A DNA stretch of 64,000 nt from Clostridia bacterium (GCA_030637025.1 DAOVVV010000002.1:1-64000); one strand, 5' to 3'. Shown: positions 43,443-54,080, counted from the stretch's first letter. The notes: a model not told the origin generated them from the sequence alone. Translations and numbers: made by a program.

Positions 43443-43751
43443 TTAGTTTTAACCCGTCAAAAAAATAAACAAGCGGATTATATCACATTTCCATAAAAAT
43501 GTAAAATAAAAAATAAATAAATTAACGTCAAGAACTTCGGAGAGATACTTTATTTCTTATGCCGAATGTTTATTTTGATCTTTTCCTTTCAAAACAGGTA
43601 TCATGGCTTCTATTATAGTTATCTCCCATGCGAGTTAAAAGATATTTTTTTCAATGTCTTTCCTATTACCTTTCGTCCTATCTCTTTCTTTATCTCAAAA
43701 ACCATTTTTTAGAGACTATCAAAATTTATTTCATCTTTTTCTATTTTTATC

Positions 43752-43780
43752 TTGACTTCAGAAAATTCTATGATTATACT
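43752..43780 (+). promoter_or_regulatory. Putative sigma70 promoter of the NYN gene
   Basis: TTGACT-17 nt-TATACT; AAAGGAG RBS downstream. Confidence 0.6.
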
Positions 43781-43861
43781 TTTCATTAGTGTAGGATGGA
43801 TTTAAACCTCTGGGATTTTTCTATTAAATGATAAATTTGAGTAAAAGGAGATAAATCAGGC

Positions 43862-44383
43862 ATGTCCCTTCATTATATAATTGATGGATATAATGTCATA
43901 AAACAAGTTACTTATCTATCCGGTTTGAAATTAAAAAACGGCCGGGATAGTTTAATAAGTATTTTGGAAAAACATAGACCACAGGGAAGCCTAAAAAATA
44001 AAGTTACTATCGTTTTCGATGGAAAAGACAATACCTTCATATCTCATAATATTTCTTCTGCTTCTCTTATAAAAACCAACAGTAACATTAATGTTATTTT
44101 TAGTAAAAATGAAACCGCGGACGATAAAATTAAAAGAATAGCAAGAAAAGCAATTAACCCTAAAATTCTAATAGTGATAACCGATGACAAAGAAATTCTA
44201 TATTTCCTCAGGAGCTATGGAATAAAAACGCAAAGTGTAAAACAATTTCTTAAACCTATTTCTAAAAAAAATAAGTTCATAAAGAAATCACAACATTTTA
44301 CCTCTCAAAAAAAACCTATTCTTTCCAGTGAAAAAGCAGTAGAAATAACCAGAGAACTTAAGAAAATATGGGATAAAAATTAA
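43862..44383 (+). CDS. NYN-domain (YacP/Rae1-like) ribonuclease
   Basis: IIDGYN, VFDG, ETADDKI, ITDD acidic motifs. Confidence 0.85.
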   Translation: MSLHYIIDGYNVIKQVTYLSGLKLKNGRDSLISILEKHRPQGSLKNKVTIVFDGKDNTFISHNISSASLIKTNSNINVIFSKNETADDKIKRIARKAINPKILIVITDDKEILYFLRSYGIKTQSVKQFLKPISKKNKFIKKSQHFTSQKKPILSSEKAVEITRELKKIWDKN

Positions 44384-44465
44384 CCCTATTTAACCCTGCG
44401 GTTTACTTATTTCGGGAGGATTCGGATATCAGGATTTTATTCCGGCAAAAAAACATTCAGACGCT

Positions 44466-45566
44466 TTAAGATATGGATTCCACTGACGCCTGATCATATT
44501 CTTTAGCTAAAGTTTGAATAAGTGTTTTAACGGAAACAATTTCTTTAGCTCGATAAGCATTAGCTCCGGCAAAAGCAAAACCTTCCTTAAGCTTTCCTTG
44601 TTTAGCATTAGTTAAGGCCAGACCGATACAATAAGGCGCATTTTTAAAATCACATACCTTTAAACATCTCCACACACATTTAAAAGGTTGTTTTATTCCA
44701 GCCATTACATCTTCCAAAAATTTATTTTTTATAGCCCTGCCCGGTAATCCTACGGGGCTATTAATTATAATAATATCTTCTTCCTTACAGTTCAAATATT
44801 GCTCTTTGAACTTAATATCGGCATCACATTCAAAAGTAGTAACAAATCTGGTCGCCATTTGTACTCCCTGCACTCCTAATTGAATTAATTTATGAATATC
44901 CTCCCCCGTATATACTCCTCCCCCGGCAATTACAGCAATATTTTTTTTGAATTGCTCTTGATACGATTTTACCAGAGAAATTATTTCCGGCAGTATTTTT
45001 TCCAATGAATAATCAGGATTATTGATTTGTTCTTTTTTAAAACCAAGATGTCCACCGGCTAACGGGCCTTCAACGACAATAGCATTGGGGACATAATTGT
45101 AGTTTTTTGCCCAATATTGAAATATAATTTTAACCGCTCTTGCGGAAGAGACAATAGGAACAATTTTTTCTATAATCTCCATCAATTTGCCGGGAGGAAA
45201 TGTAGAAGGCCGTCTCATTGGAAGTCCTGCACCTAAAAAAACGAAATCCGCCCCTTCTTCTATTGATACATCTACCAGGTTATCAGAATCTGAAAGCGCT
45301 GTCATTATGTTTATACCGATAGCACCCGTAGTCATACTTTTTGCTTTTTTTATTTCCTTACGTAAAGCTCTTTCATTTGCCCCTGTGAAATTTACATTGA
45401 AATCAGGTTCGAGCATCCCAATACCTGCTGTGGCCATAACTCCAATACCTCCTTCATTAGCAACCGCAGCCGCTAAACCAGATAAAGAAATACCAACACC
45501 CATTCCTCCTTGTATAATTGGTATATTTACTTCTAAATTGCCGATTCGTAATTTAGGGAAATTCAT
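44466..45566 (-). CDS. Nitronate monooxygenase / FabK-like flavoenzyme
   Basis: PIIQGGMGVG, EGPLAGGHLG, SPVGLPGRA, C..C...C...C cluster; start trimmed to MNFPK because the track's start lies inside the tRNA. Confidence 0.88.
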   Translation of the reverse strand: MNFPKLRIGNLEVNIPIIQGGMGVGISLSGLAAAVANEGGIGVMATAGIGMLEPDFNVNFTGANERALRKEIKKAKSMTTGAIGINIMTALSDSDNLVDVSIEEGADFVFLGAGLPMRRPSTFPPGKLMEIIEKIVPIVSSARAVKIIFQYWAKNYNYVPNAIVVEGPLAGGHLGFKKEQINNPDYSLEKILPEIISLVKSYQEQFKKNIAVIAGGGVYTGEDIHKLIQLGVQGVQMATRFVTTFECDADIKFKEQYLNCKEEDIIIINSPVGLPGRAIKNKFLEDVMAGIKQPFKCVWRCLKVCDFKNAPYCIGLALTNAKQGKLKEGFAFAGANAYRAKEIVSVKTLIQTLAKEYDQASVESIS

Positions 45567-45599
45567 ATTTTTTTCGTTCTCCTTTAAATCAATTTTTTT

Positions 45600-45677
45600 T
45601 GGTCGGGAAGGCGGGATTCGAACCCGCGACCTCACGGTCCCGAACCGTGCACGCTAACCGGGCTGCGCTACTTCCCG
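45600..45677 (-). tRNA. tRNA-Pro(CGG)
   Basis: CGGGAAG acceptor stem, anticodon loop TTCGGGA, GTTCGAATC T-loop, encoded CCA. Confidence 0.96.
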
Positions 45678-45712
45678 TCTTATTTAATATTTTTATACTG
45701 CTTTTTATCCGG

Positions 45713-46288
45713 TTAAAACAGTTTTATTACTCCCAAACTAGTTAAAGTCACCACAATTCCTGCTATCAATACCCCCAATATTATTGAAGGAAAAGCATGT
45801 TTAAATTCAATGCCTAAAAGATAAGCCGCAGCACATCCCGACCAGGCACCGGTTACCGGTAGAGGAATAGCGACAAAAAAAATAAGTCCCAAAACCTCAT
45901 ACCGTTCTATTTTCGCACTATGTTTTCTGGTACGGTTAAACCACCAGGTAAAAAACTTCTTTCCCCATAAAAACTGCATACACCATTTAGAAAAACAATC
46001 CAAAAAGAGAAGCAAAGGAATTACCGGCAAAAAATTTCCTAATACTGCCAAACTAAATGCCTTTCCTGCTGAAAAATGAAATTTCCCCAGAGCTAAAGGA
46101 ATCGCACCTCTTAATTCCGAAATAGGCATTGCTCCTAAAATTATAGTTATTATTTCCGGTGAAAACATCTTATCTAAAAAATCTACTATTCTTTCCACAA
46201 AAAAACATCCCATTTTTCTATATAATATTTTTATTCCAAACTTTACTTTAAAAAATAAAATCCCTAAATGCAACCTGCCAGGAAACAT
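45713..46288 (-). CDS. Small multidrug export family (COG2426) membrane protein
   Basis: PISELRGAIP, FVAIPLPVTGAWSG; true start probably downstream of the track's start. Confidence 0.85.
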   Translation of the reverse strand: MFPGRLHLGILFFKVKFGIKILYRKMGCFFVERIVDFLDKMFSPEIITIILGAMPISELRGAIPLALGKFHFSAGKAFSLAVLGNFLPVIPLLLFLDCFSKWCMQFLWGKKFFTWWFNRTRKHSAKIERYEVLGLIFFVAIPLPVTGAWSGCAAAYLLGIEFKHAFPSIILGVLIAGIVVTLTSLGVIKLF

Positions 46289-46452
46289 TAATCAGCCATT
46301 CAATTTTTATCTTTATATCTTAATATAAAAATAAGCAATCTTATTTTTTTCAAATCTTTCTCATAAATATTTATTGCATGGATATTATACTTAATTTCAA
46401 ACTAAAAAGCTATCTCTTATTTTTTTTATCACTTTCATCTAAATTTCAATCT

Positions 46453-48726
46453 TCATACTTTGGGGAACCTTACAATAAAAACAGTCCCTTTATTTACCTT
46501 GCTCTCTACGCTTATTGTACCATTATTATTTTCAATAGCCGCTTTAGCTATAGCTAAACCCAATCCTAACATTTTGCCCTTTGTGTTATAATAAAGCTCA
46601 AAAATTTTTTCAATATTTTTAAGATCAATCCCTATTCCCGTATCACTAAAAACAACCTCTATCTCTGTTTTTACTTCCCGTGTTTGAATTTTCAATTCTC
46701 CGCCATCAGGCATAGACTGATAAGCATTTAAAATTATATTCATAAAAGCATGTATCATCGGCACAGAACTTATTATAACTTCCTGTCTGGAAAGATTCAA
46801 TTCTTTTATTATTTTTATATTCTCAGAAGAAGGTAAAGAAGATAAAGCTCTTTCAACTATTAAATCTATCTTTACCCTCATAGGTTTGTATTTGTCTATT
46901 TCACAAAAAACCGAAACATCCCTCATTATTTTATCTGAAACATTAATCTTTTCATCTATCATTTGTAAATATCTATTAATTTTAAGATCTTTTTCTACAA
47001 ATTTATTATCCTTCATCCTTTTTTTTATCAAATATACTGCGTTTTTAATAGTAGCTAATGGACTACGTAAATCATGCCCAATTCCTTCTATTACCTGCCT
47101 TAATAAAACTAACTTTTCAGTTTCAATTATTTTTTTATTTGCTCCGGAAACATCTTCTTGTTGATGCTGCAAATTTTTATTAATAAGGATTATTTGTTTA
47201 AACCGATTTGCATTGTGAATAGCAAAAGCTATATTATCTGCCAGATTAGCCAGAATATACACCGATTTTTCTAAAAATTGATTTTGACCGGTAAAGCCAA
47301 AAAGTATTAAAAACCCAAGGTCTTCTTTCTTTTCCAATAAAAGGGGAACAATAAGCAAACTTTCTACTCCTGCCCGGGCAAACCATGGAAAGCCCTCTTT
47401 GTCATATTGAGAATAATTATCAATATACAAAAACTTTTCTTTTATAGATGTCATATACCCAATTAATCTTTCCTTTTCAGAAACAATCTTCCCTATTAAA
47501 TCTTCCGAAACATTATAATAATAAGGAAAAACAAGTGTTTTTTTCTCCTTATCTTTTTGGGTTAAAGCCAGTATTCCTCCATCAGCGTTTATAAGTTTAA
47601 TTGCCTCTCTTATTACTACAGACAATAATTTTTCCCATTCTATTGTAGAAGTTATACATCGATTAAACCGATTAAATTCTTCCGGTAATAATGATACTTC
47701 TCCCCTGTTAGTTTCTTGATTTTTTATCTGATTTTCTTTAACCGCCTTTTGTTTTCTAAACAGTATATTAAACAAAAAAATAATACTTAAAAAAACTAAA
47801 CCAATTTGTATTCTTAAATTTTTAATAGAAGTTAAAGCTTTTTTACCATCTAATTCAACCACTAACCCCCATTTAAAATCAGGAATATACTGGTAAGCAC
47901 AAAGAGTTTTTTTTCCCTGAAAGTTGATATCCCGGATAATTCCACTTTTTCCTTTAAGAACATATTTCATTGCTTTAGCACAAGCAAAATTTGATAAAGG
48001 AATCGTGATTTGTAAAATCTCCCCGGACTGCAAAAGAGAAGGAGCAAATAAAATCATCTCTTCTTTTTTGCGCTTCCCCAAAAATACCTGAACTTCCTTA
48101 TTTAATCCTGTATAATCAGTTAAAACATTTATTATTCTATGCGGCCGTGCTTTTATTCCTATTATCCCCAAAATATTTTTTTTATCTAAATCAAATATTG
48201 GAGCAGAAAACTGGTAAAATAATGCTTTATTCTCAAAATACAAATACCCCTGGTAAAAATATTTACATCCTTGCAAATATACTTCAGAATGTTCCATATT
48301 TTTACCTATATTTTTCTTTTTGGTACTGGCAATAATTTTTCCTTTATTATCTATGACAAATAGGTCATCAATATTGTCTGCAAAAAATTTCAAATCGGAA
48401 AGAATATCACTAAGTATCCGGTTAGTTTCTATTATGATATTATTGTTTTTTTTATTATTTGTTTTTATTCTTTTTAATTGAATCCGCAAATTTTTACGCT
48501 TAGCAATGGAGGCAATAATATTTGCATTATTTCTTATAACATCAGTAATCTGTTCTTTTTTTAAAACACAAATAGTCTCCATCCGTATAAAAATTTCTTT
48601 TTTTATTTTATTTTCAACTATAGCTAAATAAAAAAGGATCAAGCCTCCTATTACTAAACTTATGACCAAAAAGTCTTTAGCTATTTTTATTTTAAAAAAT
48701 CTCATTTTTTCTTTTTCTTTATTCAC
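46453..48726 (-). CDS. Sensor histidine kinase (TM-Cache-TM-GAF-HisKA-HATPase)
   Basis: GHDLRSPL H-box, NIILNA, DTGIG, GLGL; extracytoplasmic Cache-like and GAF-like segments. Confidence 0.88.
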   Translation of the reverse strand: MNKEKEKMRFFKIKIAKDFLVISLVIGGLILFYLAIVENKIKKEIFIRMETICVLKKEQITDVIRNNANIIASIAKRKNLRIQLKRIKTNNKKNNNIIIETNRILSDILSDLKFFADNIDDLFVIDNKGKIIASTKKKNIGKNMEHSEVYLQGCKYFYQGYLYFENKALFYQFSAPIFDLDKKNILGIIGIKARPHRIINVLTDYTGLNKEVQVFLGKRKKEEMILFAPSLLQSGEILQITIPLSNFACAKAMKYVLKGKSGIIRDINFQGKKTLCAYQYIPDFKWGLVVELDGKKALTSIKNLRIQIGLVFLSIIFLFNILFRKQKAVKENQIKNQETNRGEVSLLPEEFNRFNRCITSTIEWEKLLSVVIREAIKLINADGGILALTQKDKEKKTLVFPYYYNVSEDLIGKIVSEKERLIGYMTSIKEKFLYIDNYSQYDKEGFPWFARAGVESLLIVPLLLEKKEDLGFLILFGFTGQNQFLEKSVYILANLADNIAFAIHNANRFKQIILINKNLQHQQEDVSGANKKIIETEKLVLLRQVIEGIGHDLRSPLATIKNAVYLIKKRMKDNKFVEKDLKINRYLQMIDEKINVSDKIMRDVSVFCEIDKYKPMRVKIDLIVERALSSLPSSENIKIIKELNLSRQEVIISSVPMIHAFMNIILNAYQSMPDGGELKIQTREVKTEIEVVFSDTGIGIDLKNIEKIFELYYNTKGKMLGLGLAIAKAAIENNNGTISVESKVNKGTVFIVRFPKV

Positions 48727-48841
48727 TAAAGCAATCCCCTGCTAGATTAAACCTTAAATCAATGATTAAAAAAATAACAACATTATCGTATAAAAAATAA
48801 AAAAAACTTTAAGGTAAAAAAACAGAAAAGATATTATTCAC

Positions 48842-49195
48842 TTATTTCGGCCGGGATTCCATTTGAGACTTACAATTTATACAAAATTTAGCAAATGGCA
48901 TTACCTTAAGCCTTTCAATTTCTATCTCTTTTCCGCACTTTTCGCAAGAGCCGTAAGTTCCCTTTTCTATCTTAAGAAGAGCATCTTCAACATTTCCTAA
49001 AATTCTTCTCTCATTATCATTTAACTCAAACAATAATTCTCGTTCCACTGAATCAAAAGCTGCATCAGCAATATCTCCCACTTCACCGGAAAGAAACTCT
49101 TTTTCTCCTTTACAATTTACCTGAACTATTTTTTTAATATCTTCTTTTTGTTCTACCAATTTTTTACGTAAGGACTCTAATTCTTTTTTTCTCAT
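48842..49195 (-). CDS. dksA: DksA/TraR C4 zinc-finger protein
   Basis: DIADAA, GTYGSCEKCG...ERL..MPFA..CINC. Confidence 0.85.
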   Translation of the reverse strand: MRKKELESLRKKLVEQKEDIKKIVQVNCKGEKEFLSGEVGDIADAAFDSVERELLFELNDNERRILGNVEDALLKIEKGTYGSCEKCGKEIEIERLKVMPFAKFCINCKSQMESRPK

Positions 49196-49237
49196 TTTCT
49201 CTCTCCTTTTTATTCAACTTCAATAATTATTTGACGA

Positions 49238-50710
49238 TTAATTAGTTACTACTTTAACAGTCTCTAAAGTTTTAGTCTCTTGCCCACTCACTCTAATTCC
49301 TCTGCAAGACAAATTTTGTAAGTAATTACATATTTCCCGAGTTATCCTTTCACCTGGAATTAAAATAGGAATTCCCGGGGGATAAGGAGTTAAAGTTTCA
49401 GCACAAATATGCCCTGCTGCTCTTTTAAGCGAAACCCTCTTACTTTCTTTTAAAAGAACCACTTCTCTGGGCATCATTACCATTTCTGTCGATAGTGATG
49501 GAAGTTGCAAACCCCAACATTTACCATTCCTTTTATATTTGTTATCTATTTCTCTTAATGCTTTCACTAAACATTCTATATCTTTTTTCGAAGTTCCCAT
49601 CCCCATAAGAGCTATTATATTAAACAAATCCGCACAATCAACCTGAATATTATAATTTTTATTTAGAATTGATTCAACTTCGTACCCGGTTAATCCCAAC
49701 CTATTCACATTTATTGTTAATTTCAATACATCCAAAGTATAATCGGAATTTAATTCTTCCTTACAAAAACAATGCATGTTTTCCAATCGATTGATCTGTC
49801 TCCTTGCCCAACCGGCATAATTAATCAGCTTACTAATTATCTGCTTTCCATAAAAAAACATTTGCCTTCTTGATAAATCCATTGAAGCTAAAATTATATA
49901 ATTAGGACTGGTAGTCTGCAATAAAGAAACTATTTTTGCTACCCGGTTTGGATCTACAATATCCGAATTAAAATGTAAAACAGACCCTTGACTTAATCCG
50001 CATAAAATCTTGTGTATACTCTGAACACATAAATCCACTTTTGCATCAACACCGGAAAGTGGTAAATCTTCATGAAACTTCAAATGAGGCCCGTGTGCTT
50101 CATCCAGCAAAATAATTTTGTTATATCGACGAACAACCTCAACAATTTTTTTTAAATTAGCACCGACTCCATTATAGGTAGGACTGGTAATAAAAACAGC
50201 TTTTACTTCAGGAAATTTTTTTATTGCTATTTCTATCTGCTCCGGGGAGCTGTCCAATAATATATCTAATTTTTGGTCTATTTTCGGTTGGATCCAAATA
50301 GGCCATACTCCACTCAGTATTATACCACTCATAACTGATTTATGAGCATTCCGGGAAACAATAACAGAATCCCCAGGATTACAAGCAGATAAAAACATTG
50401 CTTCATTTCCAACAGTTGACCCATTAACTAAAAAAAAAGATTTCTTAACCCCGTATGCTTGTGCAATTAATTTTTGTGCTTCTTTTATCGGCCCCCTGGG
50501 ATCATGGAGAGAATCTACCTCAGGAAAAACAGTAACATCCATATAAAAAATATTTTTTCCTATAAACTTTTTAAAGATCTTATCTACACCTTGCCCATTT
50601 TTATGTCCGGGTGTATGAAACGATATCACTTTCTTTTTTGCATGTTTAAAAACAACATCAAATAAAGGAACTTTTTCCTGGCACTTTCTATTATTTTCTT
50701 TCTTTTTCAA
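49238..50710 (-). CDS. PLP-dependent Orn/Lys/Arg decarboxylase
   Basis: FHTPGHK, VNGST, DEAHG, QSIHK PLP lysine, YPPGIP; follows speD-speE. Confidence 0.9.
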   Translation of the reverse strand: MKKKENNRKCQEKVPLFDVVFKHAKKKVISFHTPGHKNGQGVDKIFKKFIGKNIFYMDVTVFPEVDSLHDPRGPIKEAQKLIAQAYGVKKSFFLVNGSTVGNEAMFLSACNPGDSVIVSRNAHKSVMSGIILSGVWPIWIQPKIDQKLDILLDSSPEQIEIAIKKFPEVKAVFITSPTYNGVGANLKKIVEVVRRYNKIILLDEAHGPHLKFHEDLPLSGVDAKVDLCVQSIHKILCGLSQGSVLHFNSDIVDPNRVAKIVSLLQTTSPNYIILASMDLSRRQMFFYGKQIISKLINYAGWARRQINRLENMHCFCKEELNSDYTLDVLKLTINVNRLGLTGYEVESILNKNYNIQVDCADLFNIIALMGMGTSKKDIECLVKALREIDNKYKRNGKCWGLQLPSLSTEMVMMPREVVLLKESKRVSLKRAAGHICAETLTPYPPGIPILIPGERITREICNYLQNLSCRGIRVSGQETKTLETVKVVTN

Positions 50711-50724
50711 CTGATTTATTCCAC

Positions 50725-51663
50725 CTATTTATAAAAAAAGAAAAGATTCTTTTTACAAATTATTTTTTTTTGCTTACTAAAAATGTCTCTTAAATTTTTA
50801 GCAATATTAAAAATGCCCGCATGAGTATAGCCATCATAAAATTTTAATTTACCTTTTATGCGATTCTTAATTCTCCGGTCTATTTCCATTTTTGATATTT
50901 TTTCAGGATCATTTTTTTTTGTAGCTATAATAAATGCCCACGGCACGTCAAAAGAAGGAATAAACTCAGAATAAACCTTTCTTATGGGAAAAACCTTTTT
51001 TACTGTACTATAAATTAATGAACATAATTCAATCTGGGTAAGAGACATCGATCCCGATTGAATAACCAAAACACCATTGGATTTAAGCTTACTAGCTACT
51101 ATTTGATAAAATTCTTTAGTATATAATAAACAAGCCGGCCCTTTTTTTATCGGACAGGGAAGATCTGAAATAATAACGTCAAATTTTTCTTTTGTCTGAA
51201 TAATATATTTTCTTGCATCATCAATAATTATTTTTGCCCGGGAATCTGAAAAAGCCCCCTTATGCCACGAATATAAATATTTCTTACAAAAATCAACTAC
51301 CTCCCCATCAATATCCAACATAAAAACTTCTTTGACTGATTTATATTTTAATACCTCCCGTAAAGTTGCACCCTCACCTCCACCCATAATCAATACCTTT
51401 TCCGGATTAGGATGACTTAACATTGCAGGATGAACCAATGCTTCGTGATAAATAAATTCATCCACCTCGGCAGATTGAACCTCTCCATCTAAAATCAAAC
51501 ATCTTCCAAAAGAATAAGTATCTGCAATTAAAGCAGCTTGAAATTTAGTTGTTTTTGTAACTACATTTTTTATTATCCGATGTCTATGTTCTTCGCCTTT
51601 AGAAAATTTTTCCGTAAACCAATATGTTTTTTTATTCTTTGTTGTTTTCCGTGCTTTTGGCAA
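50725..51663 (-). CDS. speE: Polyamine aminopropyltransferase (spermidine synthase)
   Basis: LDG..QS..DEFIYHE, GGGEGATLRE, FDVIISD. Confidence 0.93.
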   Translation of the reverse strand: MPKARKTTKNKKTYWFTEKFSKGEEHRHRIIKNVVTKTTKFQAALIADTYSFGRCLILDGEVQSAEVDEFIYHEALVHPAMLSHPNPEKVLIMGGGEGATLREVLKYKSVKEVFMLDIDGEVVDFCKKYLYSWHKGAFSDSRAKIIIDDARKYIIQTKEKFDVIISDLPCPIKKGPACLLYTKEFYQIVASKLKSNGVLVIQSGSMSLTQIELCSLIYSTVKKVFPIRKVYSEFIPSFDVPWAFIIATKKNDPEKISKMEIDRRIKNRIKGKLKFYDGYTHAGIFNIAKNLRDIFSKQKKIICKKNLFFFYK

Positions 51664-52053
51664 TTAATTTTCTCCCGGTTTATATTTTATTGTTGTATTT
51701 TCCGAAGTTATTATCCCTCTCTTTACCTCTAATACATTGCTCCTCTTAGCTTTTAATACTTCATTCAAATATTCATAAGCAATCCAGGGGTCTATTTTGT
51801 CTCCACAGGTATAAACATCTACCGATGCAAAATTATACTCAGGCCATGTATGGATAGAAAGATGAGATTCAGCAATAACTACTACACCACTAACTCCATG
51901 TGGTTCAAATTTATGAAAACTTTGATTTACAACACATGCTTTTATCACATTAGCTGCCTCTACCATTATCTCTTCTATCTTTTTTACATCGTTTAAACTT
52001 TCCGCTTTACAATCATAAAATTCCGCCAAAATATGCTTACCTAATGCTTTCAC
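51664..52053 (-). CDS. speD: S-adenosylmethionine decarboxylase proenzyme
   Basis: ESHLSIHTWPE pyruvoyl site, DVYTCG. Confidence 0.93.
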   Translation of the reverse strand: MKALGKHILAEFYDCKAESLNDVKKIEEIMVEAANVIKACVVNQSFHKFEPHGVSGVVVIAESHLSIHTWPEYNFASVDVYTCGDKIDPWIAYEYLNEVLKAKRSNVLEVKRGIITSENTTIKYKPGEN

Positions 52054-52174
52054 CCCCTTCCACCCCCTTTCTTTAAAAATATCAATACTAAAAGATATAA
52101 AATTTTGAAATTGATGTCAAGAAAAAAAATTCTTTTTTCCCGAGACAAAAATAATTTATTATTTCTTACAAATA

Positions 52175-52344
52175 AACTACCCCGCAGCAAGCTACGGGGT
52201 ATCAAAGGTTTATCCCACATAACTTTTGCGCAGCAATCTGCAGGAAATTAAACCCAAGACCCTTCGACTCCTTTCAGTCCCTCAGGGCCAATTCAACTAC
52301 AGAGTTTTTTCAGCTATGCTGACAAAAACTTTGTAGTTGAATTG
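52175..52344 (+). mobile_element. Modular palindromic element, copy 2
   Basis: CCCCGCAGCAAGCTACGGGG hairpin + ATTAAACCC + CCCTTCGACT..CTCAGGG + 26-bp-stem hairpin at 52289-52344. Confidence 0.8.
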
Positions 52345-52387
52345 AATTAAAATTTACTTATCTCAGAACAAAATACTCCTCATCTCT

Positions 52388-52849
52388 CTATAAATGCTTC
52401 ACCATCTTTAATATATTTCCTTTCCCTTCTTCACTTCTATATTCCAATGTGTCCATAAATCTTTTCATAATAATTGTTCCTCTTCCCCTACGAAGCCGTT
52501 CCTCTAATTTTTTTTCAATATCACCCATGAGAAGTTGACGAAAATCAAAAGATTTACCCTGGTCAATTATAAAAACAGAAAATTTATCCACTTCAATCAC
52601 AAAAGATATCTTGATAGGACAGCCCTGTTTACATTCATAAGCATGCTCCATAACATTAGTAACAGCTTCATCTACAGATATAACTACCTGCTCTGTTACA
52701 TCACTATCCCATACTTCTTCCTGGCCTATGGATTCAACGAATCTTCTCACATAAGCTAAATAAATAAAATCACTGTAAATTTTAATGTCTATTGTTTTTT
52801 TCATTTTTTTATAATTCTTTTTTTTCGGATTTATTTTTTTCAAACTCAT
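52388..52849 (-). CDS. Anti-sigma factor / Ser kinase (RsbW-like)
   Basis: EAVTNVMEHAY, DQGKSFD, GRG..IMKRFMD. Confidence 0.88.
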   Translation of the reverse strand: MSLKKINPKKKNYKKMKKTIDIKIYSDFIYLAYVRRFVESIGQEEVWDSDVTEQVVISVDEAVTNVMEHAYECKQGCPIKISFVIEVDKFSVFIIDQGKSFDFRQLLMGDIEKKLEERLRRGRGTIIMKRFMDTLEYRSEEGKGNILKMVKHL

Positions 52850-53192
52850 TTAATGCATCGTATTCTTGTTGAAGTATTTGAAAAATCTTTGTACAGCCTG
52901 AAATATCAAATACTTTGTGCACTCCCGGGGACAAATTAACAATAAAAAAACTACCTTTATTGTTTTCTATTTCATCTTTCGCCACTACCAGTAATCCTAA
53001 TCCAGCACTACTAATATATTGTAAATCTACCATATTCAAAATTATTTGATATTGTTCTATCTTAAAAAAGGCATTTAACGTACTTTCTAATTGGGGCACC
53101 GTATGAGCATCAAGAAACCCTCCCACATCTACAATCTGCACCTCACAATTGTCTATTTTATGAGATCTAACATTTATTTTTAACTTGCTCAT
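52809..53192 (-). CDS. STAS-domain anti-sigma factor antagonist (RsbV-like)
   Basis: GFLDA, YISSAGLG phosphoacceptor Ser. Confidence 0.9.
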   Translation of the reverse strand: MSKLKINVRSHKIDNCEVQIVDVGGFLDAHTVPQLESTLNAFFKIEQYQIILNMVDLQYISSAGLGLLVVAKDEIENNKGSFFIVNLSPGVHKVFDISGCTKIFQILQQEYDALNEFEKNKSEKKEL

Positions 53193-54042
53193 TTTTACCC
53201 TCCATTATTTTTTTATATTTTTTTAATTTATCAAGGACAGAATAAGAAATTTTTATTGTTCCCATTAAGGGATACCTATTTCCTACCCTACCATGACAAT
53301 CTGAACCACCTGTAAACAAGAGATTATATTTAAAAGCTAATTTTTTTAAAATATCAAGCTTCCTGTCCTCATGCCGACTATGGTATATTTCTATTCCAGC
53401 CAGTCCTGCTCCAACCAGCCTTCTTAAAAATTCCTCACTAACCCTCTCACACAAAGGATGGGCAAGAACAGGAATTCCCTCTGCTTTTAAAATAAACTTA
53501 ATTACTTTTTCCGGCTGCCAGTTATATTTTGCAACATAAGCAGGTTTCCCACAGCCTAAATATCGGTCAAAAGCTTTTTTTGTGTTTTGGACATATTTCT
53601 TTTCTACCAATGCTTTAGCAAAATGCAAACGACCTATAGAGCCTTTTTCTACAAATTTTAATATATCCCTGCTGGTAATTTTTAATCCTAAATCATTTAA
53701 CTTTTTCAACATTTTATAAGCTCTTTCTTTACGTTTTTCACGAAACAGACAAAGTTTATCTAAAAAATCTTGATTTTCCCAATTTATATAATACCCAAGA
53801 ATATGTATTTCTTCTTGCTCCCCCTGCCCCTTTGCACTCAATTCTACTCCGGGAATTACCTCCAGACCACATTCATTACCTCTTACAATAGCTTCTTTGA
53901 TTCCGCCTACCATATCATGGTCAGTAATTGATATTGCAGCTAAACCAACTTTATAGGCATAATTCACTGCCTCTACAGGAGTAAACACTCCATCGGAATA
54001 ATTCGTATGTATATGCAAATCAATATATTTTTTTTTCTCCAC
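53167..54042 (-). CDS. PHP-domain phosphoesterase (YciV/TrpH-like)
   Basis: DLHIHT..SDG, ITDHD, GVELS, AHP, GGSDCHG. Confidence 0.9.
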   Translation of the reverse strand: MEKKKYIDLHIHTNYSDGVFTPVEAVNYAYKVGLAAISITDHDMVGGIKEAIVRGNECGLEVIPGVELSAKGQGEQEEIHILGYYINWENQDFLDKLCLFREKRKERAYKMLKKLNDLGLKITSRDILKFVEKGSIGRLHFAKALVEKKYVQNTKKAFDRYLGCGKPAYVAKYNWQPEKVIKFILKAEGIPVLAHPLCERVSEEFLRRLVGAGLAGIEIYHSRHEDRKLDILKKLAFKYNLLFTGGSDCHGRVGNRYPLMGTIKISYSVLDKLKKYKKIMEGKNEQVKNKC

Positions 54043-54080
54043 TCAAAATTATCCTCTTTATTTTTCCCTTTTCAATAAAA

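Noticed and set aside
45567-45635. N-terminal extension of the nitronate monooxygenase ORF
   Set aside because: It overlaps tRNA-Pro; a better ATG with an AAGGAG RBS lies at 45566.
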